Part shown: positions 24,060 through 35,289 of the stretch, one piece after another
Numbering within the stretch: the first letter of the stretch is position 1
How the letters are laid out: every line of letters starts with the position of its first letter
Assembly: GCA_001662655.1 (NCBI GenBank)
Contig: KV460222.1
Length of the DNA stretch: 54,938 bases
Reading direction: 5' to 3' (one strand)
Source of the DNA: Pseudogymnoascus verrucosus
Lineage: Eukaryota
Notes under the pieces: model-generated
Seen by the model: only the letters and a program-made list of their open reading frames with translations
Database searches by the model: none
What the model was told of the DNA's origin: nothing
Translations under genes and position numbers: made by a program

Positions 24060-24720
24060 TGCTATGTGCTCTTTGTTTCTAGTTAATAGTATGCTTTTAT
24101 AAGCATCCTTAGTTAAGTCAGCAGTTGCTAGTAGAATTAGTGTAGAAGGAAGAGCATCTTAAAGCTATAGATTGATTAATTAAGTCCATTAAAAACCCTA
24201 ATGGACATATTTCCCCGCCTTCTTTAGCTAAGTTCATTCTCTTACGTTTCTTAGATTTAGACGTCTATAAGCAGTTCTTTAACTTCGTGCTATAGTGTAC
24301 TTATAACGTCCCTTTAGTCTTTCCTAGGAAGTACTCTACAATTTCGTCCTATTATAATTTATTAACCTCTTTTAGCTGTATTAACAGCTTGTTGTTGTCA
24401 TTAGAATATGTTAGATGCCTTCTACGCCTACTTAGAGTCTGTTCTTATAAAGACAGGCCCTTCTAGTCTCTATTGCTACTAAAGGTGCTACTAATAACAC
24501 CTTACACCTACTCTATTCTAAGAGGAAACGGTAACTCCTCCTAGGAAAATTTAAGGCAGTATACTATTCCTAACTAGAATGTTTATAGTGTAAGGGATCC
24601 TTAAATTAGTAGGTGTTAGGTATCCTTGAAGGTGGGTTTTGGCGGTTGCAGGGTACATTCGTGCATGCTGACTCTATAGGTGATAGGTATCCTTAAAGGT
24701 AGGTTTTGGCGGTGGAGGGA
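24060..24720. mobile_element. AT-rich RIP-like repeat relic with a ~29-bp direct repeat near its right end
   Basis: TpA excess. aggtatcctt(g/a)aaggt(g/a)ggttttggcggt occurs twice (~24618 and ~24685). Element class not identifiable. Confidence 0.5.
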
Positions 24721-24748
24721 TATCATGTAAGTTTGTAGGGTGCGACTG

Positions 24749-24905
24749 CCAATCCGGGACGGGTCGATATGGATTAGTCTAACCTAAAATCTAGTAGTTC
24801 CCATCCCATGGGATGAGAGATGAGACGTTTTGGGTTAGACCGGATTGGAACTTGTATGTACTTTAGTACTTACTATAACTCTAGAGCGCTGGTTCCAATC
24901 GACCC
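24749..24905. repeat. Nested inverted repeats (MITE-like or DNA-transposon-end-like hairpin)
   Basis: ccaatccgg...ccggattgg; gtctaacctaaaa...ttttgggttagac; central catcccatgggatg palindrome; gggtcgatatgga...tccaatcgaccc. Confidence 0.6.
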
Positions 24906-27400
24906 TTGTATGCCTTACAACATCATCAGCCTCATCGCTCTCAATAACTTTCTCATAATAGTGGCGGCTATAGCCAACCCCGTGAACTCTGGGAAATGAG
25001 GATAAGGTTCCTAAATCCTTCCCCGAGACAGCTACGGGGCAGCTGAAGCAATGTATACTAATAACATTAGTGTAATATGCACATCGCCTGTTTTAGTTCG
25101 GGCTTGATGGCCGCACCGTGGCCACTGGTCTAAGCCCCTCGCCCCTAAGACGCACAGTTGCTGTTACGCTGGCATCAGGTAACGGCTGGAGCTGCTATAA
25201 CCGGGGTTGCTCGGGACATTGCCGGCTTTACACAGGGTAGGCGATGCTCATAGTACAGGGCATGCTAGGGCAGTTAGTCCCTGCCTGTTCCGTCTTGAAT
25301 TGTCTCATCTCGTTGTGATACTTCCGAAGACGCCATCTTCGCCTCTGGCCCTACAACAAGTGACGCAGGGACAGGATAGGTACAGGATCACTTGGAACGG
25401 GAACTATTCACCTGTAGATTAGAGTGGGCCGCACGGGTCTATGTTACCGGCGCGGACTTCAGGAGAGTGGTTTCTGTGGAAAGTTGTCCACAGGGCGAGG
25501 ACTACTGTCACACAGCTACTTGGAGAGTATATCAACGACTCTATTTATGATATATTAACTTTCTATCTAAAGCCTATAAACTCCTCGTGAAATATGAGAG
25601 ACACTGTTGGCGTTTTATTCGCTGAATCCATATTTATATTGGATTTGGCATGACGTTGTCTTGCTACGACATATTATGGAGAATGAAAGGAATAGATGCA
25701 ATGGCGAACTCGTGCTGCTGAGCAGCGTCATATAGAATTGGATTAATGCTGGCTAAGTTCGACTTTAACAACAAGTTGATTGTTCTGCGTGTCGTGTTCT
25801 GCGTACCTCCTATTCGTTTTGTTAGAATTAGTTTCAAAGAAGTGATTATGGCGTATGTTTACCCCTTATGTGTCATTCATATGTTAAATATGAAGAAACC
25901 AATGGCCACAACGATGATCATGCTGGCCTGCCATTTACTGTTGCTGCGCCGCTTCTGTGTCGTCGTGGGGATAACAATGTGTGGCGAACGGGCCGTCGGT
26001 TGCAAAGAGCCATTCTTGTAACAAGATTCGGCGTGTCTTGCAAGTTTCCTCTTGCCTGTCGTTGTGAGCTGCCAACTTGTCGGAAAAGTCGATTGTCTTT
26101 TGATATTCTTCCGCACTGGGACCGCTATTTAAGTAGACGTTAGTCACTGCGAAGGCAATATAGCGGTGATTCAAGGAATCAATGGCGTGTAGAACACATG
26201 AGAAGAGCTAGATTAATGAATAGGGTAGGGTGTTGTCACCTCAGATATCGGGATCCTCCCCCTTTTAAAGCACCTGTTAGCGAAGGCATTTCTATCGGAT
26301 GAAAGTCTATTGAAACGTCGGCGTCTTCTGCTGAAATGTGTTTGAGTTGACGGGGTCCATGATTAAAAGATGGGGAGAGGGAAAGACTTTATATTCTCTC
26401 TGTGGTCTGCGCGAAGATTTCTCTCTGCCTCCTCTCAACCTGGCTCTACTCAAAATACACTCTGCACTGTCTACTATCATAATACTCAGGCTAATCACAT
26501 TGAAGTCTAGCGGGGCCTATGGTGTGGCGCTCGGGAACGCCCTGTCACAGCCAATAAGTTTATATCGGGGATACGGCTCGGAGGGATCGACGTTGTTCGT
26601 GACTTGCCGCGACACCGCCTTGAGGCGGGCATTATCCATGCTAAATTACGAACTTGTTAACTGTGCTCTACGCTACGTCCGTTATAACGTAGCCGTGGCT
26701 GCAGCCTTGGCAATATGCTGGGCTCCACAGAGTTTAAAAGCACCATATGAGCGACTCGAGAGGGTTGCCATAGATATACTACCCTTTTGGATTGAACTGT
26801 AGATGTAACTCATTCTCGAGGGGCCATACGTTTTTCTGCTACATTACGTGAATATAGACATATGACAAGTGGGATAAAACCGAACTTTAGGCGCCTCAAT
26901 GCATGGCCCACTCCCCCCGAACCAACACAAGGCTGCCAAATCTTACGTGAAAAGTCCTTTTCCCGGTGTGCGAACCTCTATCTCGACTCCCATTTCCAGT
27001 TAGGATGCCCGAGGGCCATCACCGAGTCATCTAGCACTATCTGCAGGGGCGAGAATAAAAGGCGAGAGGTTTCAGACGATATGAGGACTAGCAAGCATGG
27101 ATTAGTAGTTGCACATCAGAATGTGGATCGGCGCTATCTCGCAGCCTGCTGCCACGTTATACTGCGAAGGAAGGCGTGCAGCGTTGATAATCTTGGTAGG
27201 TATGTAGTAAGTTAGCTCCGGGATCCTCCCCGGGGAATACTAGGAAAGTGGAATCGTGAATATTCACGAACCCCTTGCATGAACGGAGCAAATGTAAGGC
27301 CCCTGATACGTCTTTTGTGAGCATGGTCCGCAACGACCACCACACCGACCGGTGAGTGCCGTTCGCAGCGCTCGTGATTCGTGCCAGCAACTCGCGCTTG

Positions 27401-27556
27401 CAACCCGCACACTGCGCTAGCAATACGCACACTGCGCTTGCAACCCGCACACTGCACTAGCAACCCGCACACTGCGCTTGCAACCCGCACACTGCGCTTG
27501 CAACCCGCACACTGCGCTAGCAATACGCACACTGCGCTAGCAATACGCACACTGTG
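27401..27556. repeat. Tandem array of a 20-bp unit CAA(CC/TA)CGCACACTGCGCT(T/A)G, 7 full copies plus 1 partial
   Basis: Directly visible, exact 20-bp period. Confidence 0.95.
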
Positions 27557-27589
27557 TCCATCTCGTTTGTTTACATGTCCTAACTCACT

Positions 27590-27778
27590 TTTTGCACCCA
27601 TCCATCTCGCTTTTTCGCACCATCCATCTCGCTTTTTCGCACCAGCCATCCATCTCGCTTTTCTTACACACACCCATCCCGCTTTTTTGCACCATCCATC
27701 TCGCTTTTTTACACACCCATCTCACGTTTTTTGTACGATTCATCTCTTTTTTTCGCACCGTCTATCTCGCACCATCCT
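27590..27778. repeat. Degenerate tandem array of a ~22-26-bp unit CACCATCCATCTCGCTTTTTCG
   Basis: About 8 imperfect copies of (c)accatccatctcgcttttt. Confidence 0.85.
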
Positions 27779-28409
27779 GAGTCATAATGTCAGCCTTGCA
27801 TTATTTCCACTAAGGCTCAAGTACGCCGTTAGCAATCCTCTTTCTGATATTCCATCCTATTGTAGATGGAACGAGCGGTGAGGGCAAAATAGTTTTATTT
27901 TTATATGTAACGTAACTTAGGGGGAAGCGGGGCTACTTACTAGTCTTAAGAGGGGGAGTTAGCATTGTTATTATAAAGAAAACAATAGGCTATAGGCAAA
28001 GCTTAAAATTATATTCTAGCTTATAACAAAGCTGTCTAAATTAGGTTAGTACGAAATTCCCCTTTTATATTAAAATTCTATAATAACATATACTATATAG
28101 ACTTAATTTAATACTAATATAGACCCTTATAACACTAATTACTATATATATAACAAAGATGTAACTTTATACTAATAGATTTAGACTACTTCTACTACCT
28201 AAACAACTACTAACTATTAGACTTCTAGATAAATAAAGGGCATCCTAATCTTTATACCTATACCTTATATAATAACCTAAATAGGGGTTTGTTATAGTTA
28301 CTCCTTAGTCTCTATTCTTCCTCTATACTATATAACCTATATAATAACTTATATATAGTATAAGCTTATATACTTTAAGGACAAAGTACCTTCTAAAGGT
28401 AGAGGATAG

Positions 28410-28570
28410 TATAAGGATACTTCCTTACTTAGGTTAGTTATAGTTATTATATAGCACCCTTAAGACTTAGGGTTATTATAGTTTAATTACAACTATAAGC
28501 CTTAGGTATATAGTATAAGGAAGCCTTAGGCAAATAAGGGGTTAGTTAAGTTAGGGGGGTTTTAGGTATT
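28410..28570 (-). mobile_element. RIP-mutated partial copy (inverted) of the 31617-31915 LTR
   Basis: Reverse complement reads ...tatttgcctaaggcttccttatactatatacctaaggc...ctaagtaaggaagtatccttata, homologous to the LTR 3' end ...agtaaggaggcatccttaca. Confidence 0.8.
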
Positions 28571-28579
28571 AAAGGAACG

Positions 28580-29393
28580 TTATATAGGGAGTTCCCTCCT
28601 TATCTTTTTTATATCCTTTATAGTAGACCTATAGGATAGAAGATAGCATTACCTCTAACTTACATTCTTATATATACCTATAGAGAGCTATATTCCCTAT
28701 GTCCTTATATAAGAGGCTATAACGTTAAGATAGATACTAACCTCTAATGACTTAAAAGTTTTCTTCTAGTTGTCTTATATATAAAGATATTAAAAAATTT
28801 CATTATAAAGTGTTTTAAATCCTTAAGATAAGCCTAGAGCTAATCCTAGTAAAAGTAGCATCTTACTACCTAGTTAACATATATTATATTACTATCTATA
28901 GTATTATTTATAGATTTAACATCTAGCTCCCTATATAGGATAGTATAATATTTAAGGCTAAGAATACTAATATAGGCTAGATTTATAAAGACATACCCTT
29001 AAATTAGCACTTCTTAACTAGTAATAGTAGCTAGACCTTTAATAGTTATAGTTTTAAGTAGCTATATAAGGTTCTTAAGCTAGAATTATATAAGAAGTTA
29101 GGAAATTAGCTAAGGTTATTAATTATAGATAGCTATTCTAGTTATATTACTAGTAATATAATTATACTTTATATAGAGAATAATATTAACCTTCTTATTC
29201 TACCTCCTTATTACTCTTATCTACTCTAGTAACTTAATGTTAGAGTATATAGATCTTTTAAGTAATTTTATACTTAGGAAGTAGATTACTATACTTAAGT
29301 AGGAATAAAGTAAATCTAGTACTCCTATTAGGCTAAGATCTTTAAGAGTATTTAAGAAATAGGTCTTATACCTCTAAATATTAGAAGTAGATT
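28580..29393 (+). mobile_element. RIP-inactivated pogo/Fot1 (Tc1-mariner superfamily, DDE_1) transposase relic
   Basis: ~28945-29265 translates IIFKAKNTNIG*I..TSNSS*TFNSYSFK*L..RLLIIDSYSSYIT..NNINLLILPPYYSYLL**LNVRVYRSFK. This is a RIP version of ...GWTSN...LLIIDGHSSH...LPPHCSHLLQPLDVGVxGPFK. Confidence 0.85.
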
Positions 29394-30199
29394 GTAACGC
29401 TAAGTCTTAAACTATAAGACTTATAGAGGTTTCGTTACGTTAGTTTACTTAATAGAGGAGGTAGGGGATTAGACACAAAGGCTTTTATAAAACACGTTAT
29501 AGTATATAATAGAATACTATATTAAGTTAAGCATAAAGCTCCTATCTAAGAACTAACTATCTACTTATATAGTAGCATTGTACTAAAGGGGACTATAAGG
29601 AACTAGAGGAACTATAAGAGTTCCTATAGTTCTTATAGTTCTATTACATAGGGATCTTATAAGGAGGTGCCCTTAAATAGTCTAGTACCTACTCTGTCTA
29701 GTACCTAGTAATAGTTAGGTACTTAGAAAGAGTTAGGTGCCTACTCTGTCTAGTACCTAGTAATTCTTAGGTGCTTAGGAATTCTCTAGTACCTAATGTT
29801 AACCCTACCTTAAGGGTAGCTAAATCGCTACTATGCTCATTACTACTATAACTAGTATGTTAGCAAAAGTATAGCTATAAACGCTAGCTATAACATAGAT
29901 AGAGAGTAGTAAGGTTAACACCCTTTCTCCTAAAAAGAGTACTAGCTAACCTTTTACTTATAAGTAGTTAAGCTACCTTATATACCTTAGAAATTAACCC
30001 TAGTTAGTAGCTTAGACCTCTTAGTACTTTAAAGTTCTCCCCTAGATAGAACTAAACTTAGGTATATAAATTTAGTCTTTAATTTAATAATGGTTACTAG
30101 TAACTTCCCTACTTTACCTACTTAGTGTTATACTAAGTAAATGACTAGGCTAGTTAAAAGTTAGAATACTAAGCTTACTATTCTTTAGAAAGAGGTAAA

Positions 30200-30398
30200 A
30201 GGGTATAAAGAGATAACCCTTTATAGCTATTTCCTTAAATACCTAAAATTGCTCTAACTTAGCTAACTCTCTATTTACCTAAGGCTTCCTTATACTATAT
30301 ACTAAAGGCTGTTAGTTACAACTAACCTATAATAGCCCTAAGTCTTAATAGTGCTACATAACAGCTATAACTAACCTAAGTAAGGAGGCATCCTTATA
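30200..30398 (+). mobile_element. RIP-mutated partial copy of the 31617-31915 LTR
   Basis: ...ctaaggcttccttatactatat...aagtaaggaggcatccttata, collinear with the pristine copy. Confidence 0.85.
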
Positions 30399-30455
30399 AT
30401 AGGTGCCTTTCCTAATAGGCACCTCTCTTTTACTAGGTACCTTCTAAGATAGGTA

Positions 30456-31616
30456 ACGTATTTCACATATAAGTTGGCTATACAGACTAGTTAGCCACTA
30501 AAACACTAGAATTAACAATTACTACTACTACACTACTACTACCCTATATAATGACCCTTATTTAATTGTAATTAATTCCTTATGCCTCTAGCACGTATAG
30601 GAATTATAGCCTATAATACTACATAAGCCATAGCGCTTCTATTAGCCTATAGAACCTACCTACTAACTACTCTTACTTACTACCTCCATATAGAGTTGAG
30701 CATCAACCTTAGCACTCTAAAGGATATCCTCTCCCTCTTGTATAGAGAGACTACCCCCTTGCATTATACGCCTCTTACGCTTCCTTTCCCTCCTCTTTTT
30801 CTGTTCATTTACTGCTTGTAGAGCCTTAACTTCTACCTTAAGTAGAATAGCAGAATGCATCATAACTTAAGCCCCCTTAACAAGGCAGCTAATAGCATCA
30901 TTAATTAAGGTAGGAGAGCTATTGTAATGTCGTACGACACGGTTCTTAATATGCTCTGTTTGAAAATCAAGCTCCCTTATAGTTTAGGGAGTCTTTGAAG
31001 TCCAATTGTTACTCTTAACTATAGGAGGAGTTAGAGTCCTTAACTATAGATTTAAGTAAGAGAGGACACTCTATAGCTCGTATAGAACTAGCCCTATAGC
31101 TTAGAAGCCGCTCTTAATGTTCTGCTCTATAAATGTAGCTTTAAATGCTTCTTTAAATGCAGAGAGAAACTTGAGTTTTGTAATATGGTTTAGCCTATTC
31201 TATACGAAGGTTTTAATCTAACGTCTGTACAAAAGCTTTAGCAGAGTAAAGCAGCTAACGTCAAGTAGTTAAAGAATGTGCAAGGAGTATAGTAGCATAT
31301 AGAGGGTGATTATCTTCCGTTCTATATAGTAGTGTTGAAATTGAGTAGAGAGGTGACTCTTATGCCCGTTAAGAATAAGAAGGCAATAGGTTCTAATCGT
31401 ACGAGTGCTTGTATGTTAATTGAAGTGTTGAATCTACTTATACCTAATTGAATTTAAAGTCTACCCATTCTCACTTAATGTAATCACCTAATTGTCTAGT
31501 AATCCTAAGTCCTCGTACTAAGTAGAGAGGTGATTCTACGCCTTAAAAATGATAAATGGCAGGAGTGCCTATCTATACGAATTAACACCTTAGATAATTA
31601 ACACCTACTCTCTATT
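30456..31616 (-). mobile_element. RIP-inactivated pogo/Fot1 element: 3' part of transposase plus terminal repeat (TA|ACGTA...), cut at 31616 by the LTR
   Basis: Minus strand: NRE*VLII*GVNSYR*ALLPFIIFKA*NHLST*YE ... LHIL*LLDVSCF ... NHITKLKFLSAFKEAF..EQNIKSGF*AIGL ... WTSKTP ... KRYGLCSIIGYNSYTC (zinc knuckle). TA|ACGTA-type end at 30454-30460. Confidence 0.85.
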
Positions 31617-31915
31617 TGTATGGACACAGGGCACCGTATCACGAGAAGTTGCATATGGGAGTGCGAGTCGGATAGAAGTCGGTGCAATCCTATAGGTCTA
31701 CTACAAAGGATACAAAAAAGATGAAGGTGTAACCCTGTATGGCTGTTCCCTTAAAATACCCGAAGCCGCTCCGACTCAGCTAGCTCCCTGTTTGCCTAAG
31801 GCTTCCTTACGTTATGTGCCTAAGGCTGTCAGTCGCGACTGACCCGTAACGGCCCCGAGTCTCGATGGCGCCACGTGACGGCCGTAACTACCCCGAGTAA
31901 GGAGGCATCCTTACA
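31617..31915 (+). mobile_element. Near-pristine ~299-bp solo LTR
   Basis: Begins TGTATGGA and ends TCCTTACA (TG...CA, 7/8-bp inverted ends). Retains many CpG/CpA. Three mutated homologues lie elsewhere in the window. Confidence 0.8.
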
Positions 31916-33099
31916 CTAATCTTAAGCTAATATACCTCTAGGCCTTTATCTAGTGTTGCTTTTAAAGAGGCTAAAGTAGCTTAAATAGCAATATTAATAA
32001 TATACCTAATATAGCATATGTCTCCTACTTTTGCTATAAAAGCCTATAGTTGTTTTAGAGTAATAGATTATACTAAAGCTAGCTTCTTATATTCTAATAG
32101 CATAGTTGTATTTATAGAGGCGTTATCTCTTATAATAGTAAAGATTATAGGTATAATACTATAATCGTCTATTACATTTATCAACTATTTAGCAAGGTAT
32201 TTACTAGAGTAGATTAGCTCTTATAGGTATATAACGTTAAGTATAGTATTTCTTATTTACTAATTATCATTAATCTAGTATACTATAACTACTATATACT
32301 TAGAATAGTTCTAAGTAGACTAAGTATCTATCGTTATTACTAGTTGTCTACTACTTATAATATACTATTATAATTCTACTTAAAGCTGTGCTTTATAATA
32401 GTAGAATAGTTAATATAGATCCTATCTAATTATAGTTCTACTAACTGTTAAGACTATAGGATTTAGATAGTGAACTAATTACTAGAAGGATTAGCTTTTA
32501 ATAAGGCGTAATAGTAGGTTATTTAATACTATAAAAGAGAGAACAAGCTCTCTATATTTTAACGAACTTAGTGCATTACTAGGTGCTTAGCAAGGCTAGA
32601 AGAAAGCAGAAGCAGAAGTAGAGGGTGTTAATAAGCTTCGAATTAAAGATATTGTATTATATTCTACATGCACTAATAGGTACTACTTCTAAAGATGCTT
32701 CTATAGATTGCTTGTCGTTAGGTTCTTTAAGGGCTAGCTTAGCGTATATCTATAATTAGTTTTTAAAGGCATTAGTATTAGATTCTAGTAGGTACTGTAT
32801 CTAATAAAGTACAGTAGAATAGTCTTTTAGAAAAGAGTATTAATGTAGAATTAGGTAATTGAACTCTTAGAGGCATATGTAGCATCGAAATAAGGGGCAT
32901 TAGAATAAGGGGCAGCAGCTCTAAAGCATTAGACTAATACTTAGCTGGCACTAGCGACAGCGAAGAGTCACTCATTACAGGAAGTAATACAGAACGCTTA
33001 AGTAGAAGCTTCAATTATCTATTCTACAATCTATATTACCCCTCTTTGCTAAGGGCTTAGCAGTACTCGAGTATTCAGAGTAGTACTCGGGCAACACTG
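31916..33099 (+). mobile_element. RIP-degraded DNA transposon relic ending in a possible hAT-type terminal repeat
   Basis: Ends ...tactcgggcaacactg (reverse complement CAGTGTTGCCCGAG, a hAT-like terminus) with tactcg subterminal repeats. Internal coding sequence too degraded to confirm. Confidence 0.4.
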
Positions 33100-33921
33100 C
33101 AAGGCACTAAAATGGTGGAGTACTATAGTATTGAGTTAAGCCATACTAAATCTAATGGGCCTACAGGACCACTTTGTGGCCCCTTCGAGACCCTGATTTT
33201 AGCTCGAGTATCTCGGGTTTAGCAGACTCCGCGCCAACCTAATATTTCGTAGTCCCCCGTGAGACCCTTATTTTTAGTTCAGGTTTACCTAGCTCCGCGC
33301 CGACCATCGTAGCACAGCTCTAAATACTCACCTGGGGTGGCGAACTGACTCCAAGAATCTCCTGCAGGATTATGGGGTGCTACAGGATTGCCATGGCTTC
33401 ACTTCATGCTAGATATGATCGCTACTCATTTCATGAGTAAAATATCGACGCTGCCAGCTTAGGGGTACTTCAGCCCGGGGCTTTAGGTCCAATAGCTCTA
33501 ACTCGCGCACCGATGTGACTGTAAGCTACCATTATAAGAGCGCAAACCCCATCGTGAAAGCCAGATTTGGAAGGTTCGTCTCTCGGCAGCAAGGGTTGTT
33601 CTGTTTGCACAGTCAAAAGAATGCTAATAAGAGTGAACTACTGCACGGTTGTAAGTGTGAGCTCGTATTGAAGGGTTTGAGGGTTACATGGAGGATTAAA
33701 AAGATTCGAAGGATTCAAAGTACCCACATAGTTCGCTTACAGTGACATAGCGCCCTCCTGCTAGGGAGTGTTACTTTGGGGGCTAGAATTATGTATATAA
33801 ATTCCCATCTCGACAACTCTCACAATGTAAAAAGCATCACCGACAAACATCAGCTTAAAAGCACCTAAGAAGGATATCAATTCACGCTTAAACTTTCGAC
33901 AATACATTACAACCCTTCATC

Positions 33922-34464
33922 ATGATCTCTTTAAAGCAAGCACTGATTACGGCGATGGCAGTCGTCGCCGTGGTTGCCACACCAGTCGCCATTACCGAAA
34001 CAGCCGCCTTGGCCAAAGACTCTATTGCGGACGGTCCGGCTTTCCAATCCCCAAATCTTCCCAACAACATTCTCGCGAGGGGCGGTACTGGTTGCAGCCA
34101 AGGCACATGTCCTGATTACAACGCCGGCGTAGACTTGATCTATCAGTGGACAGTTATCCCGCAACCTGGAGTCGGGGGCGCCCCTCCCATTCCTCTCGTT
34201 ACGATGGGATACCACGGTCGTTGGAACCATTGCGACAAGTGCGGCAGGGTCTCGTCAAGTGGGGACGGATGTTTTAGCTTCACAGGTTGTGGTGTCAAGC
34301 AAGATGTCTGCATCGACACAAAGAACGGTCGCATGCATCGCATCTACAAAGACACCGGGCGTAAGAAGTGCTGGGCAATTAAGTACCACAATTTGGGGGA
34401 ATGCGGCTTTGTTAAACAAACAAACATTTGGGAGCCTACCAACGAGATTCCATGTAACTGGTAG
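33922..34464 (+). CDS. Small secreted cysteine-rich (10 Cys) effector-like protein, 180 aa, intronless
   Basis: Signal peptide MISLKQALITAMAVVAVVA|TP; propeptide ending NILAR|GG; C-terminal CIDxxNGRMHR...KKCW...EIPCNW; TATA (gtatataaa) at ~33793. Confidence 0.85.
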   Translation: MISLKQALITAMAVVAVVATPVAITETAALAKDSIADGPAFQSPNLPNNILARGGTGCSQGTCPDYNAGVDLIYQWTVIPQPGVGGAPPIPLVTMGYHGRWNHCDKCGRVSSSGDGCFSFTGCGVKQDVCIDTKNGRMHRIYKDTGRKKCWAIKYHNLGECGFVKQTNIWEPTNEIPCNW

Positions 34465-35042
34465 GCCTAGGTTGGCCATGCCATATGAACTGGTATAGGC
34501 TGTAAGGCCCTTGATATCACGGAGGATCAGCTGAGCGAATCAGAAGGAGAGCATGCCAGGTTGGGACAAGGAGCTGATGACAGGAAATGCTAAATTGGAC
34601 ACAGTCGCTACTTACACTTGCGCAAAGGTGACAAAGATATTATATTCCGTGTATTGTAGCCGCGGAAGAGCAACAAGTTAGGAGATGTACTGCATGGCAA
34701 ATTCAAGATATGCAGCCGCTCGAATGTATGATTTCTCATGCGTGCAAGCCCAGTTGGAACACTTGATGAGACTCTATCTGTACATACTCTTGCCACACCT
34801 TTTCCACGTCTTCATGTTTCTCCTTCGTCGCGCTAGCAAGAGACAGTCCAGTCTCCTTCAATTGGTTTTGTCGATAGTGTACTCTCTATAGTAAAACCTC
34901 GCCCCCGTGCTATAGCAAGTCTGTCGTCGGCAGTAAGGACTGGCCGTCCTATGGTAGCAGATACCTTGAAAGAAAATATATGGTGCTGACAGCGGCTGTG
35001 AAATATGAAGCGGGTGGCTGGCCCTTTATATAATTTTCTTAG

Positions 35043-35289
35043 TCCGGCCGTACTCACCTTTCTCACCCATCCAGCTCACCTTTCTCACCCATCTAGCTCA
35101 CCTTACTCACCCTGCTCACCCTGCTTTCCTCACCTTCCTCAGCATGCTCATCCACTCATCCGTGGGCGTCCACTGTCGCGATACAACGCGTTGTTAAAAA
35201 TGGACCCACTTTTGGGTGGTCGAGGTGGTCAAGGTGGTCGCGATCACAAAATAAGGGTAAGGGCGGCGAGGCTCACCCACTAGGCCGGA
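35043..35289. repeat. CTCACC-rich direct-repeat array with opposing GGTGGTC repeats, bracketed by tccggcc/ggccgga
   Basis: 22-bp unit ctcacctttctcacccatc(c/t)ag x2, further ctcacc copies, ggtggtc x3, and 7-bp inverted ends. Confidence 0.6.

Larger units (their letters stand above)
27900..33100. mobile_element. AT-rich island of nested, RIP-mutated transposable elements
   Basis: No ORFs of 60 aa or more across 5.6 kb (27881-33515) and a strong TpA excess. Contains the pogo, LTR and possible hAT relics listed separately. Confidence 0.9.

Noticed and set aside
25700..26400. Possible degenerate minus-strand gene (intron-like signals, peptide SGPSAEEYQKTIDFSDKLAAH...)
   Set aside because: Could not build an open spliced frame or recognise a family.
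27401..27556. CRISPR-like array
   Set aside because: Units are contiguous with no unique spacers; eukaryotic context; no cas genes.
27212..27881. ORFs of 153-166 aa with repeated C/H-containing peptides (possible zinc-binding repeat protein)
   Set aside because: They are translations of the 20-bp and ~23-bp tandem arrays; the period is not a multiple of 3 and frames are open on both strands.
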